Shown here: positions 26,520 through 38,253 of the stretch, one piece after another
Layout of the letters: each line of letters opens with the position of its first letter
Numbering within the stretch: position 1 is the stretch's first letter
From: Octopus bimaculoides
Taxonomy: Eukaryota
Direction of reading: 5' to 3'
Length of the DNA: 64,000 bases
Assembly (NCBI RefSeq): GCF_001194135.2
Contig: NC_068993.1
Span: 21,592,163 to 21,656,162 of the forward strand
Notes under the pieces: model-generated
What the model was told of the DNA's origin: nothing
The model's database searches: none
What the model saw: the letters and a program-made list of their open reading frames with translations, nothing else
Made by a program: the position numbers and the translations under genes

Positions 26520-27775
26520 GGGTTGGACAAAATAATGGAAACACCTAGCATCATAACATCATCATTTTGAAATATCTATATAACCGTGAAAAGCTTGTTT
26601 ATTTTTGTCTCTTATTTATTTATTATTAGTGTTGCTTAATGTGTTTTGCTAAAATTGCTGTTTCGTTTCAGATATTATCATAAAAAAGTTAATTAAAACT
26701 CATTAAAATGTCAGATCTATCAGACTTTCAAAGAGGCCAAATTGTTGGTGCTCATATGGCAAATACTAACGTAATGAAAACAGCCGAAAGGTTTGGTCTA
26801 TCAAGAAGTACTGTCGCGATAGAAATGACAACCTTTGAGAAAGAGGGAAAAACTTCCTCGTCGAAACAAAACACTGGAAGGAAACCAAAACTTTCAGATA
26901 GGGACCGTTGGACTCATACACGAATTGTTAGAAAGGATCACAAAAGTACTGCTCCCAAAATTATTTCAGAACTTAGTGACTACCTCGAGAACCCAGTTTA
27001 CACAAAAACTGTTCGCCGAGAGCTGCACAGAGCCGGATTTCACGGGAGGACTGCAATCAAAAAACCACTACTTTCCAAAGCAAATATTGGAAAGTGTTTA
27101 GAGTGCAGTAAAAACCTACAGAATTGGTCCTTAGAGCAACGGAAGAATGTTACTTTCTCGGACGAGTCATCCTTTACCTTATTTCTGACCACGGCCGAGT
27201 ATACGTGTGGAGACAGCCAAGTGAAGCATTTGATCCAGATTGCCTTGTTTCAACTGTTAAACATGGGGAAGGATCTGTGATGATCTGGTGTACTATATCT
27301 TCGAAATCTGCCGGCCGAATGGTTTCCCTTCATGGCAGAATTAATAGTCAAGACTATTTAAACATTATATGATATCTAATTCATCCTATGGTTGTGGAAC
27401 TGTTTCCGGAGGGGAACGCAATCTTTCAGGATTATAATGCACCGATTCACACAGCTGAATTTGTTACTGAATGGCACGAGTGAAGTTGATCATCTTGAGC
27501 ACCACAGTTCTCAGATCTCAATATTATTGAACATTTATGGTGCATTTTAGAAAAACAAGTAACGAGTCGATATACTCCACCATGATCATTGCAAGAACTG
27601 GAGACAGCTTTAGTTGAAGAATGGACAAAAATTCCTTTGGAAACAATTCAAACTTTGTACGAATCCATACCTCATAGAATTCAAGGTGTAATTACTGCAA
27701 AAAGGCGACCCTACCTGCCATTAAAAAAAATTGTTTGAAATTGTAAGGTGTCTCCCTTATTTTGTCCAGCCTCTG
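26517..27775 (+). mobile_element. Full-length Tc1 (DD34E-type) DNA transposon with disrupted transposase (about 26708-27720)
   Basis: 30-bp TIRs caggggttggacaaaataatggaaacacct and aggtgtctcccttattfirm partner at 27746-27775 (4 mismatches), TA on both flanks. MSDLSDFQRGQIVG HTH start, FSDES, TVKHGEGSVMIW, FQDYNAPIH and SDLNIIEHLW motifs; frameshifts and stops. Confidence 0.97.
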
Positions 27776-27959
27776 TATATATATACACAAACATATACAC
27801 TCACACACAGACATGTACACTCACACATGCAAAAGAAAATAGCACAAAAACACAGACACAAACACACACACTCACATACACACGCACACACACACACAAA
27901 TGCACAAAGACACCGATACACACACATATACACAAAATGAAGCATCGTACAAAACATAC

Positions 27960-28514
27960 TCACACACAGGCACAAACACAAACACACAAACACTCACATA
28001 CACACACAAACATTCACAGAGCTGGTGACCACACACACACAGAGGAGGTGACACTCAAATGAATACAAGATATTCATCACAACATACACACCCATCAACA
28101 CCCAGCTGGTCACATTCCACACATATTGAAAGGATATTCAACACAATACGCGCACACACACACATTGACACACATACGCACACACACACTCACATACAGG
28201 TGGACATAAAACGCATTCAATAAATGCTTTTAAGCCACTCTCATGGCAGGAAGCTACAAAATTTCCTTTAAGCCAATGCACAGCTACATCCTGTCTGTTA
28301 CTCTCTAACACTTTGAACTCTATATGGAACTATATTTAAAGAAGACTTCAATGAAAAATCTCCCAGAAAGAAGATAAGCTGAATTTTTAGAAATATTTGA
28401 TAAGATGAGATTCATCATCAAAATCGGTAATATTTTCTTAATATAATTTTAAAAATCATTTTTATTAAATTCCTTCCTAAATTGTAATGATTTAGACTTT
28501 CGTCTGTGCTATTT
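27960..28514 (+). repeat. Right arm of the inverted repeat pair
   Basis: Reverse complement of 25830-26440, roughly 80-85% identical by eye, with indels. Confidence 0.9.
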
Positions 28515-28718
28515 CTACCTACATCTTTTATATAGAGAAATTTGATTCGTATAGATCTCTAATCCTTTTTCAGCTACACACACAGACACGCACGCACGCA
28601 CACACACATATGTACGTATTAAAATAATATATCAATATATTATGATATATTAAATACGTTACAATGTAGGTGGATATAGCAATTAAAAACCAAAAGGGCA
28701 AAATTAATAAACGAGGGT

Positions 28719-28973
28719 GCAAAATGGAACCTACAATTGCTAGAAATATGAGCCCAAATTTAACTCGAACAGCCACACAAAAGCACTAAAGTCATGAAAT
28801 AATCTGGACTGCAACATGCAGCAAGCCACACCATCTCCCTTTGTCGAGATAAACTCACTGAAGTTGTAGTTTGTTTCACGCGGTCCCGAATATTTCATGT
28901 GGTTAGTGCTTTTGTGTGGCTGTTCGAGTTAAATTTTGGCTCTTTTCTCTAGCAATTGTCGGTGCTATTTTGC
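28719..28973. mobile_element. MITE-like foldback (255 bp, arms about 95 bp)
   Basis: gcaaaatggaacctacaattgctaga...aaatttaactcgaacagccacacaaaagcactaa pairs with ttagtgcttttgtgtggctgttcgagttaaattt...tctagcaattgtcggtgctattttgc. Confidence 0.85.
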
Positions 28974-28989
28974 TTTGTCATATATATAT

Positions 28990-29328
28990 ACTCTCTCTTT
29001 ACTCTTTAACTCTTTTACTTGTTTCAGTCATTTGACTGCGGCCATGCTGGAGCACCGCCTTTAGTCGAGAAAATCGACCCGAGGACTTATTTTTGGAAGC
29101 CTAGTACTTATTCTATCGGGCTCTTTTTGCCGAACCGCTAAGTTACGGGGACGTAAACACACCAGCATCGGTCGTCAAGCGATGTTGGGGGACAAACACA
29201 GACACACAAACATACACACACACATGCATATACATATATATATATATATACGACGGGCTTCTTTCAGTTTCCGTCTACCAAATCCATTCACAAGGCTTTG
29301 GTCGGCCCGAGGCTATAGTAGAATACAC
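28990..29328 (-). mobile_element. SINE family A, well conserved, head lost in the gap
   Basis: Reverse complement of the 11221-11640 family (ggccatgctggagcaccgcc, cgaaccgctaagttacgggg, ttcagtttccgtctaccaaatcc). Confidence 0.92.
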
Positions 29329-29916
29329 NNNNNNNNNNNNNNNNNNNNNNNNNNNNNNNNNNNNNNNNNNNNNNNNNNNNNNNNNNNNNNNNNNNNNNNN
29401 NNNNNNNNNNNNNNNNNNNNNNNNNNNNNNNNNNNNNNNNNNNNNNNNNNNNNNNNNNNNNNNNNNNNNNNNNNNNNNNNNNNNNNNNNNNNNNNNNNNN
29501 NNNNNNNNNNNNNNNNNNNNNNNNNNNNNNNNNNNNNNNNNNNNNNNNNNNNNNNNNNNNNNNNNNNNNNNNNNNNNNNNNNNNNNNNNNNNNNNNNNNN
29601 NNNNNNNNNNNNNNNNNNNNNNNNNNNNNNNNNNNNNNNNNNNNNNNNNNNNNNNNNNNNNNNNNNNNNNNNNNNNNNNNNNNNNNNNNNNNNNNNNNNN
29701 NNNNNNNNNNNNNNNNNNNNNNNNNNNNNNNNNNNNNNNNNNNNNNNNNNNNNNNNNNNNNNNNNNNNNNNNNNNNNNNNNNNNNNNNNNNNNNNNNNNN
29801 NNNNNNNNNNNNNNNNNNNNNNNNNNNNNNNNNNNNNNNNNNNNNNNNNNNNNNNNNNNNNNNNNNNNNNNNNNNNNNNNNNNNNNNNNNNNNNNNNNNN
29901 NNNNNNNNNNNNNNNG
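29329..29916. other. Assembly gap
   Basis: Run of N. Confidence 1.
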
Positions 29917-29944
29917 GGGAGGGGCGAGGTGTTAAGGCGGTATG

Positions 29945-30440
29945 CGCAGGCACATTGTCGTAATGATATCACCCTTCTTCACTCTGCCACAGGTCGAGGT
30001 GTTTTCGTCTAATTGCGTCTCGCAAATGCTTCAAAACTGCCAAGTAAAATGTCTGGTTAACAGTTTCACCAAGAGGAATAAATTCTATGCGGACAGTTAT
30101 TTTCGCTTCGGTGAAACAAATCATCATCATCTAGTCACTGGACTTCATTTAACGCGCTTATTTGGGGGTGTGGTGATATCGAATGCTTCCATTGACTTGA
30201 TTGTTGCTTCGTTTGTGGGTCTTAGCCGTAGCACCAGCCATCGTCAGCAGTGATGACCTTCGAAAAAAAGGTATGGATCAACATCCAACTGTTCTTCCAG
30301 TCTACAACACGCGTTCCGTCGTGGCTGTTTTTGATCTTCCTTGAGCAAGCGCAGCACACATTTTGCTGCAACTCTTTTCTCCTTGCTTCCCCGTTTGTAG
30401 ACTTTAAAGTCCGGGAAATAAATTTTCTTGTATCTCCTTC
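29945..30440 (-). mobile_element. mariner (DD34D-type) transposase pseudogene
   Basis: KVITADDGWCYG*DPQTKQQSSQWKH (ITGDExWxYxYDPETKxQSxQW), then EFIPLGETVNQTFYLAVLKHLRDAIRRKHLDLWQS...YDNVPAHTAL. Confidence 0.92.
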
Positions 30441-31397
30441 CTTATTGGTCTGTTTTCTCCATTGGTCAACCTTCCCCACAAGATAGCGCAGACATATGGA
30501 TCACCCTAATTTACATAGTATTTAATCTTTTGCGTTGCACCACTGTGTATATCCTGTTTTCCCTTTACGCTTGTGTAGAAACGACACCTTTGATACAATT
30601 TCATGATCATCAACATTCACAAAGAAATTAATTTTGTTATTGTCACCAACAACACAACTGACCTTTGCATTACCACTGCTAAGCAATATACTGATTAATG
30701 AATGCTAAATCTTATAATAATAATTATTATCTTTATCATTGTTATACTTGAGTTTTTCTGTATGTCTATAGTGTTTGGTTTCTTTTGCTGTTGCCAATAT
30801 TACAACCTGTTTGTGTATGCAGTGTCATAGTCAGCTTCTTGCAAGTAGAAAGTTTTCTTAAAATTGTGAAAACATTTTTACTTCAACGATTTTATGAATA
30901 TTTTAACGATTATTATGAATCTCTATGGATGATACAGAAAGAGTATTTGTTTCTTTAAATTGTATTCTTGCCAGTGAACTGTATCGTTTTGACTAAAATG
31001 TGAACCTTTCTCGTATACAGATTGTAGTTGTGTCCTCATATAATTACTCTGTGAATCTGAAGTGGTATACTAAATGTTTAGGTCAGGTCTTCTATGAGCT
31101 GATTTTACAACTCTGCAGTTATCAATGCAAAGTACTTGTTTACATAGGTATGATTTCCATAATAGTGCCTGTCTTTTCGATGTTAAATTCAATTCTTTTT
31201 AGGCTTATTGTTGATGAACATCATATATTTGTATTTATTTTTGTACTAACAGATTTTTCTCTTAATCTCTACATTTTCTTTCCTATGAGTTTCAGAATTT
31301 GCCAGCATTTTACGTTTCTGTTCCAATCAGTTTTAGACTTCACTCTATTGGCCTCATTGAAGATGAGAGTTTTTTATGAAATAAAATCGGAATATTC

Positions 31398-31516
31398 CTA
31401 ATGCAGCTTCAAACCGAGTTCAAGGCTATTTACGCTCTTGAAATGTTGTTTCAAGGAGAATCGAAATTCTGCTGAAGTTGAAAATCCAGGTATCACAGCG
31501 GTACATTCAATGTCAG
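31398..31516 (-). CDS. Weak candidate exon
   Basis: Strong acceptor tttttctcttcgctatacag; one open frame DIECTAVIPGFSTSAEFRFSLKQHFKS; weak donor AGC|GTAAAT at 31434/31433, otherwise a stop at 31398. No homology recognised. Confidence 0.2.
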
Positions 31517-32144
31517 CTGTATAGCGAAGAGAAAAATGTATTCCATATATATAAGCAGAGAATGTGTTCCCCTCATCTAGTGACAGAAATGTAGAAACAC
31601 TTCAAATTAGTCGTCAGTGCCTTGATAAGTATATAATTTACAAGGGCACAATTTCTACTAACACGGAAACTTTCCATTTTACATGGGTAGCAACATCACA
31701 GTTTAGACTGTGATACTATAACCACATCGAATGTTTTAAGAGCTTAAATAAACGTAAATCTACATCCATGGATCAGCTAGTGTGGGATTTGAAACGAGAA
31801 AAATACCATATGAAATATGAAATATTCTGGTCTGTTTTGAGATCTACTCTTTTCGTGGTTTCCTACATTAAACAACATTTGCTAACATTTTTGCATTCTA
31901 TATTTCGTATGATACTTTCTACATTCTACGAAACAATTAATATTCTACAGAACTGTCAATAACTTCAGTTTAAGTTGAATATTTTGCATATTTCAAAATT
32001 GGTGACAAATCCCTCTGCGCCAAAATAGCTTTATTTTTTCCTGTCATTTTATCTTGTTCCGCTTCAAAATATATGAGAAAGTCTTCATATTTAAAGGTTC
32101 ATATGTGTGTCGTGTCTATGTTGTATATATATATATATATATAT

Positions 32145-32328
32145 NNNNNNNNNNNNNNNNNNNNNNNNNNNNNNNNNNNNNNNNNNNNNNNNNNNNNNNN
32201 NNNNNNNNNNNNNNNNNNNNNNNNNNNNNNNNNNNNNNNNNNNNNNNNNNNNNNNNNNNNNNNNNNNNNNNNNNNNNNNNNNNNNNNNNNNNNNNNNNNN
32301 NNNNNNNNNNNNNNNNNNNNNNNNNNNN
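32145..32328. other. Assembly gap within (TA)n
   Basis: Run of N. Confidence 1.
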
Positions 32329-32365
<37 letters not shown>

Positions 32366-33054
32366 TTATCTATGTGTGCATATGTGTGCATGTCCACACA
32401 CATGTGTATATATATATGTGTATGCATGTATGTACATTTATGGATATTATTTAAATTTTTTATTTACACTTCATATTTTTAATTTTATATGTTACATTTA
32501 TAGACTTGCATCATTAATATTTTAATTTTTAATTTTTAATTTTTAACTTCAGTATTTGTGCATAATTTAACATCAGAGTCATAGATCCATGCTACGCCAG
32601 TGATAGTTTATCTTATTTTACTTAACTTATTTTAATTTAATTTATTCTGATATATTGTTTTCGCTTTACCACATTTTGGAACATTTTAATAGAATTTAAC
32701 ATTTTTATTTCATACATATTTTGAGACACTTGTATTTTCATAAATTTATATTTTTGCCCATTTCTTAAGTCTTTACACATCTACAATCCCAAGATGTCGC
32801 GTTTTGTCGTAGAAGATACCAACTCTGAGTATTATATTATTGATGGTTGATTCTTAACCTTACTTTGTTTCCATTTCTTCCAAGGCAAACAGTGGATAAT
32901 TTTTTTCTCAACGCAATATAGCACAGCAAACCACTTCACATCCACCTTGAAAGTAAACTTTACTTTCTCTCCTTCTATTCGATGAGGCAACTTTAAATCT
33001 CTAGCTTACGTTTAAACATGCTTTCTGTCCACGCTAACATAATACCTTTTTATC

Positions 33055-33281
33055 ATTTTTAATTGTTTTAGTTATTTGACCAGGACCATGCCGGGGCACC
33101 GCCTTTAAACATTTGAGTCGACTGAATCGACCCCAGTATATATTTGATTTTTTAAAGCCTGGTACTTATTCTATCGGCCTCTTTTGCTGAACCGCTAGGG
33201 TATGGGGGCATAAACATACCAACACTCGCTCTCAAGGAGTGGAGTGAGACAAAGACAGGCACAAAGCCATGCACTCACACT

Positions 33282-33312
<31 letters not shown>

Positions 33313-33360
33313 GCGCGCGCATAACAGGCTTCATTTCAGTTTCCATCAAACAAATCCATT
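33055..33360 (-). mobile_element. SINE family A, diverged
   Basis: ccatgccggggcaccgcc, ggtacttattctatcggcctcttttgctgaaccgct, ttcagtttccatc. Confidence 0.85.
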
Positions 33361-33418
33361 GTTGTTGCTCTTGAACTGTTATTACTGCTATTGATATCGT
33401 TACAATTATTATACAAGA

Positions 33419-33540
33419 AGGCTGCGAACTAGCAGAATGGTTAGAATATTGGATGGATTGCTTAAAAGCATTTCGACTATTATACGTTCTGAGTTCAAAT
33501 GGTGCTGAGGTCGATAAGTCTTGTGCATAAAGTAGAAACA
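33419..33540 (+). mobile_element. SINE family B with internal deletion, followed by (ATT)n at 33541-33665
   Basis: gaactagcagaatggttag...acgttctgagttcaaat...gaggtcga. Confidence 0.7.
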
Positions 33541-33570
33541 TTATTATTGTTATTGTTATTTTTATTTTTA

Positions 33571-33665
<95 letters not shown>

Positions 33666-33666
<1 letters not shown>

Positions 33667-34405
33667 CTTCGTAACACAGTGTAGATAAAAATGCACCGGA
33701 GTCTTTAGTCATCTGTCAAGTCACAGCAAGAACTTCAGACAAATAATACTTTCCTTCAGATGTGCGCTGTGTCCAATAAGGTTGCTTTTTGCATGACATC
33801 AATCTTGCATGGGACTTCCAGTTGCTTTAAGATGTTTTGAAGTTCCAATGGGATTGAGCCCAACGCTCCGATCACCACTGGTATCAATTTCACATTATCC
33901 TCTCGCATTCTATACATCTTGCTATTTCCGTTTTCAATTTACAGTACTTAGTGATTTTTTCAACCTCTTTACTCATAACATTCAGAATCATTTGGTATGG
34001 CTACATCAATCTGACGGTATTTGTCTCTTATTCAATATGACTTTATCCAGTCGACGTTGTTCGATTACACGGCCTGTCTGAAAATCATAGTCCCATAGTA
34101 TTGTTACTTTTCCATTCGCCTGCATAACTTTAATTGGTACACTCTCAAACCAGTTCTCTGTTACTTCATATTGGTATTTACGGCACGAGAGCCAATGAAG
34201 ATACACACACACACACTTTATCGTGGCAGCGCTTGTATTCTTTTTGTGCATGACTCTCACATCCACTTAACAAGTCGATCACATTTTAGCAAGAGTCTGG
34301 TCTTGTGCAGCAATGATCAGGCATTCGGTGGAACGCTGTATTATCCTTAACGTCTTGTGTGTTTCTTTCAAACTGTCATTGCATTCTCATTTCATATTAA
34401 TACGT
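33666..34405 (-). mobile_element. Dong/R4-clade non-LTR 3' fragment (restriction-like endonuclease domain)
   Basis: TECLIIAAQDQTL, YLHWLSCRKY, KVTILWDYDFQTGRVIEQRRLD, IDVAIPND, IPVVIGALGSIP and QKATLLDTAHI*RKVL; the 3' end runs into the (TAA)n tract. Confidence 0.93.
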
Positions 34406-35222
34406 CCCGGAATACTAACATTTCTGGACGTGTTAATAACACGCACCAAGTATGGATTCAGGACATCCGTATACCGCAAGCCAACCTTCACTGGACAATA
34501 CCTTAACTTCAAGTCACACCATCCATACAGTTTAAAGAGAGGGATTGCTCTGTGCCTAAAACATCGAGCAAAGAATATAAGCAACGATCATGATACCCAC
34601 CACGAAGAAATGATCAAGCTCAGTAACAAACTATTAAGCAACAACTACCCACAAAACATCATATCTCCTCCAGTTATGAATAAAAGAGAGGATGAAACCA
34701 ATAAACTGTCTACAGTCTAACTACTCTATGTGAAAGGCCTCTCCGAAAAGATACAAAAGATATGTGGCCTATATGACATCAGGACAGTATTCAAAAGTAA
34801 TACAGCACTTCGCAAATATCTCCTTCGGGTAAAACCACCAATAGGCGGGAAAATGACCAAAAACTGCGTGTACGCCATCTCATACCCCATACAGCTGCGG
34901 TAGGTTATACAAAGGCGAAACATGTCGTTCGCTCAAAATAAGGGTAGACGAACATCGCAAAGCTGTAATAAGAGGGGATATTGATAAATCGGGTATAGCT
35001 GATCATATATGGAAAAATGATGACCACCTCCCCTTGTGGGATGAAGTTAAAATAATAGACAGAGAACATCACTGGAAAAACGAAAACTAAAAGAAGCAGA
35101 ACATATGTTATGACACAACAACCTCCTAAGCCGATATGAATAGCATATGGGAACCGGTATTAAGGAAGGATAAGAAAATATTAGATTCATAAGCCCTAAA
35201 GATACACTCCATAATTGCCCAA

Positions 35223-35295
35223 GGGCATGTGGCACAGTGGTTAAGAGCGCGGGCTACTAACCCCAAGATTCAGAGTTCGATTCCAGGCAGTGACC
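35223..35295 (+). pseudogene. tRNA-like sequence with Pol III A and B boxes embedded in the Penelope 3' region
   Basis: A box TGGCACAGTGG (35230-35240), B box GTTCGATTC (35275-35283), anticodon-like loop ct-ACT-aa; poorly paired acceptor and T stems. Confidence 0.8.
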
Positions 35296-35354
35296 TGAAT
35301 AATAACATCGAAGATTACGTTAGGAATGAGAACCCAGGTTCGAAATTTCCTCAA

Positions 35355-35400
35355 GACACCTGATGAAGGCTGGAAGGTGTATTAGCCGAAACGTTGTGTT
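35355..35400 (+). ncRNA. Minimal type I hammerhead ribozyme motif (PLE-type)
   Basis: Stem I gacac/gtgtt; core CTGATGA (35360-35366); stem II ggct...agcc; GAAA (35388-35391); palindromic ACGT stem III; GUU cleavage triplet ending at 35395. Confidence 0.8.
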
Positions 35401-35454
35401 AACAACAAACAAGATGAGGGCAAATGTAAATAATTTATTATTATTATTCTTAAT

Positions 35455-35625
35455 GCTTAGCAGCAATTCGTTGGTCTTTAAAATCGGGACTCAAATTCCA
35501 CCAAGGCTGACGTTCTCATTGTTCGTTCTGGATGTCGATGCAATAAGTACCAATTCCGCACTGGGGTCGGTGTAATCGATTAATCACTCCCACAAATTTC
35601 AGGTCTCCTACCTATAAAAGAAAGT
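35455..35625 (+). mobile_element. SINE family B, degenerate
   Basis: ctcaaattccaccaaggctgac...aataagtacc...ctggggtcggtgtaatcga. Confidence 0.7.
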
Positions 35626-35811
35626 AATATTATTACTGTATTTCTATTAGGAATACTATTACCCTATCAGTCCCTCATTCACGTTTCCGAAATCTGCTTT
35701 TCTTTATTGACATTTTCACATGTTTTACACTAATTCTATATCTAATTATTGTTGCCAGTGATGTAGTAGTTTTGCCAGTGATGTAGTAGTGATGTAGTAG
35801 GTTACCAGTAG

Positions 35812-35995
35812 CCGGTAAGCTGGCAGAATCTTTAGCACGCCAAGAAAAATGCTTCGTGGCATCCCGACCGTCATCATGTTCTGAGTTCAAATTCCACCAA
35901 GGCCGATAAAAGGTGTACCAGTTGAAGACTGGTGACCATGGAATCAAGTTAGCCCCTCCCTAGAACTTGCTGGGCCAGTGCTAAAATATGAAATC
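35812..35995 (+). mobile_element. SINE family B with internal deletion
   Basis: aagctggcagaatctttagcacgcc...gttctgagttcaaattccaccaaggccg. Confidence 0.75.
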
Positions 35996-37411
35996 ATTAC
36001 TAACCAGCGACATCCATTATAACTTCTTCCAATTTTATTGTTCCGCAATTTAACCATTCTCAGTTGTATTTAATGCCTATTATTTTCTTCCCGTATAAAC
36101 AGCATAGAACATGTGTTTGACAGTCACACAGTTTCAAGCGTACCTTTAAAGGAACGTGATGAAGTATCACTCCAATGTATAAAACCCCAAATATTAAGTA
36201 GCTTTTCACATGGCTCTTTTCAATGGCATCAAATACAGAATGTTACCGAAAAATTGTAATAACTGGTAACTGCTCATTAATAAAATGGTAAACCCTGCCA
36301 TTGCCTTAATATACGGATTACCCACACGCGAGCGCGCACATATACATATATACAGAGAAAGAAAGAGAGAGAAAAATAGAGACAGACAGACAGAGACAGA
36401 GAGAGGGAGAGAAATACACACACATATAAACATACATACATGCACAAACACACACGTATGATATATTAAATATATTTATGTATACTTGTAAATATACATA
36501 CATACATATAAATATATGTATATATACAGATAGAGAGAGACTGATACATACATATATAAATACCTGTATAAATATGTATAGATGAGTAAAGAAATGTGAA
36601 TTTGCACATGCAAGTATATATACATAAATAAATACATATATACACACACACACACATAGAGACTAACGAACACGAACACACGTGCACATAAGACACATTG
36701 ATGTATAATGAAAGTGTATGAAAGCAATAAAGATCGATGGGAAAATAATAAACAGCGGGGGAAAATCGGTGGGGGGAAACAAAGAGAACGAAAGAAGCGC
36801 ACACAGTGAGATGGACGTATTGCCAGTGAGATAGATATCTGTATGTTAGTCACTGCTTGTGAATGACTGTTGAATTTTTTTAAGACGATCTAGAGCGTGA
36901 TCATCTGTAACTATTTAAGTAGATACTCCGCTGCTTCGTCCTGTCATTCTATGTAATTCAAATATGTTATTGCATTCCGTCAAATGGGAAGTACTTCATA
37001 GCTACGTCCTCTAACTTTCTAGTCGTGACAATTAAGTGAAAATTCAGCATTTATCAATTACGAAAGTGTACTTCAGGACAGTAGCTGTCCGAGAATATAG
37101 AGACTCCTGTATACACGCAGTCACGCATATATATATTGCATACATATACATTCTGAAATCTTCACAAACGTTGACATGTAAGAACAAATACACATTAAAA
37201 ACACATTCAAATTCGCGTGCACACATTCACACACACACAAAGATTTAAGCTGAAAAATGCCAGGTCAAACAGTCATTGAAATACCAATTGAGTGACATTA
37301 TCTTATCCAAACTCAATCATATATTTAATGGCATGTATGCATATTCTAAGAGAAAGAAAGACATTCATTTCTACACGTGTGCAACTCTATCTGTCTCTCT
37401 GTCTGTTAAAG

Positions 37412-37690
<279 letters not shown>

Positions 37691-37896
37691 ATGTATGTGT
37701 GTATGTATGTATATGTATACGTATTTGTATTTAAGTACTGTCATATTCATGACATATCAATAATCATTTATTTCAACAGTAATCTACCACATTTCATGCT
37801 TCTTTCTGACTTTGCCTATTCCCATGCACACTTCATATACTCGTTTAAACATCCCACAACCACACCCCATATATATATATGTATATATATCTGTAT

Positions 37897-37949
<53 letters not shown>

Positions 37950-38206
37950 CAGACAGATAGAAAGCTTAACAGATGGAGCCAAACTTAATCTAAACGAATA
38001 CTAAATTACTAAAGAGCTGTAAATCTTATATCAAATACAGAAATAACGTGTACGTGATATCATATCATATCGCTTGATGATACATTAATCTTTTAATCGT
38101 TCCGTTTACACACGGCATATTTCTCTACTTCAGAGATAAGAAGAAATTCATTACGGTTTTTTTACTGCATGATTCTGTTACACATGAGTGCGCAGGCGCG
38201 TGCACA

Positions 38207-38253
<47 letters not shown>

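Larger units (their letters stand above)
34415..35440 (+). mobile_element. 5'-truncated Penelope-like element: RT thumb + GIY-YIG endonuclease + 3' terminal region
   Basis: LTFLDVLITR...TSVYRKPTFTGQYLNFKSHHPYSLKRGI...NNYP, KNCVYAI..CGRLYKGET.RSLKIRVDEHRKA and SGIADHIW...WDEVKIIDREHHWKKRKLKEA; stops and frameshifts. Confidence 0.95.

Noticed and set aside
35223-35295. Functional tRNA-Ser(ACT) gene
   Set aside because: The acceptor and T stems pair poorly, the anticodon is not normally used, and it lies inside a retroelement; treated as a tRNA-like head.
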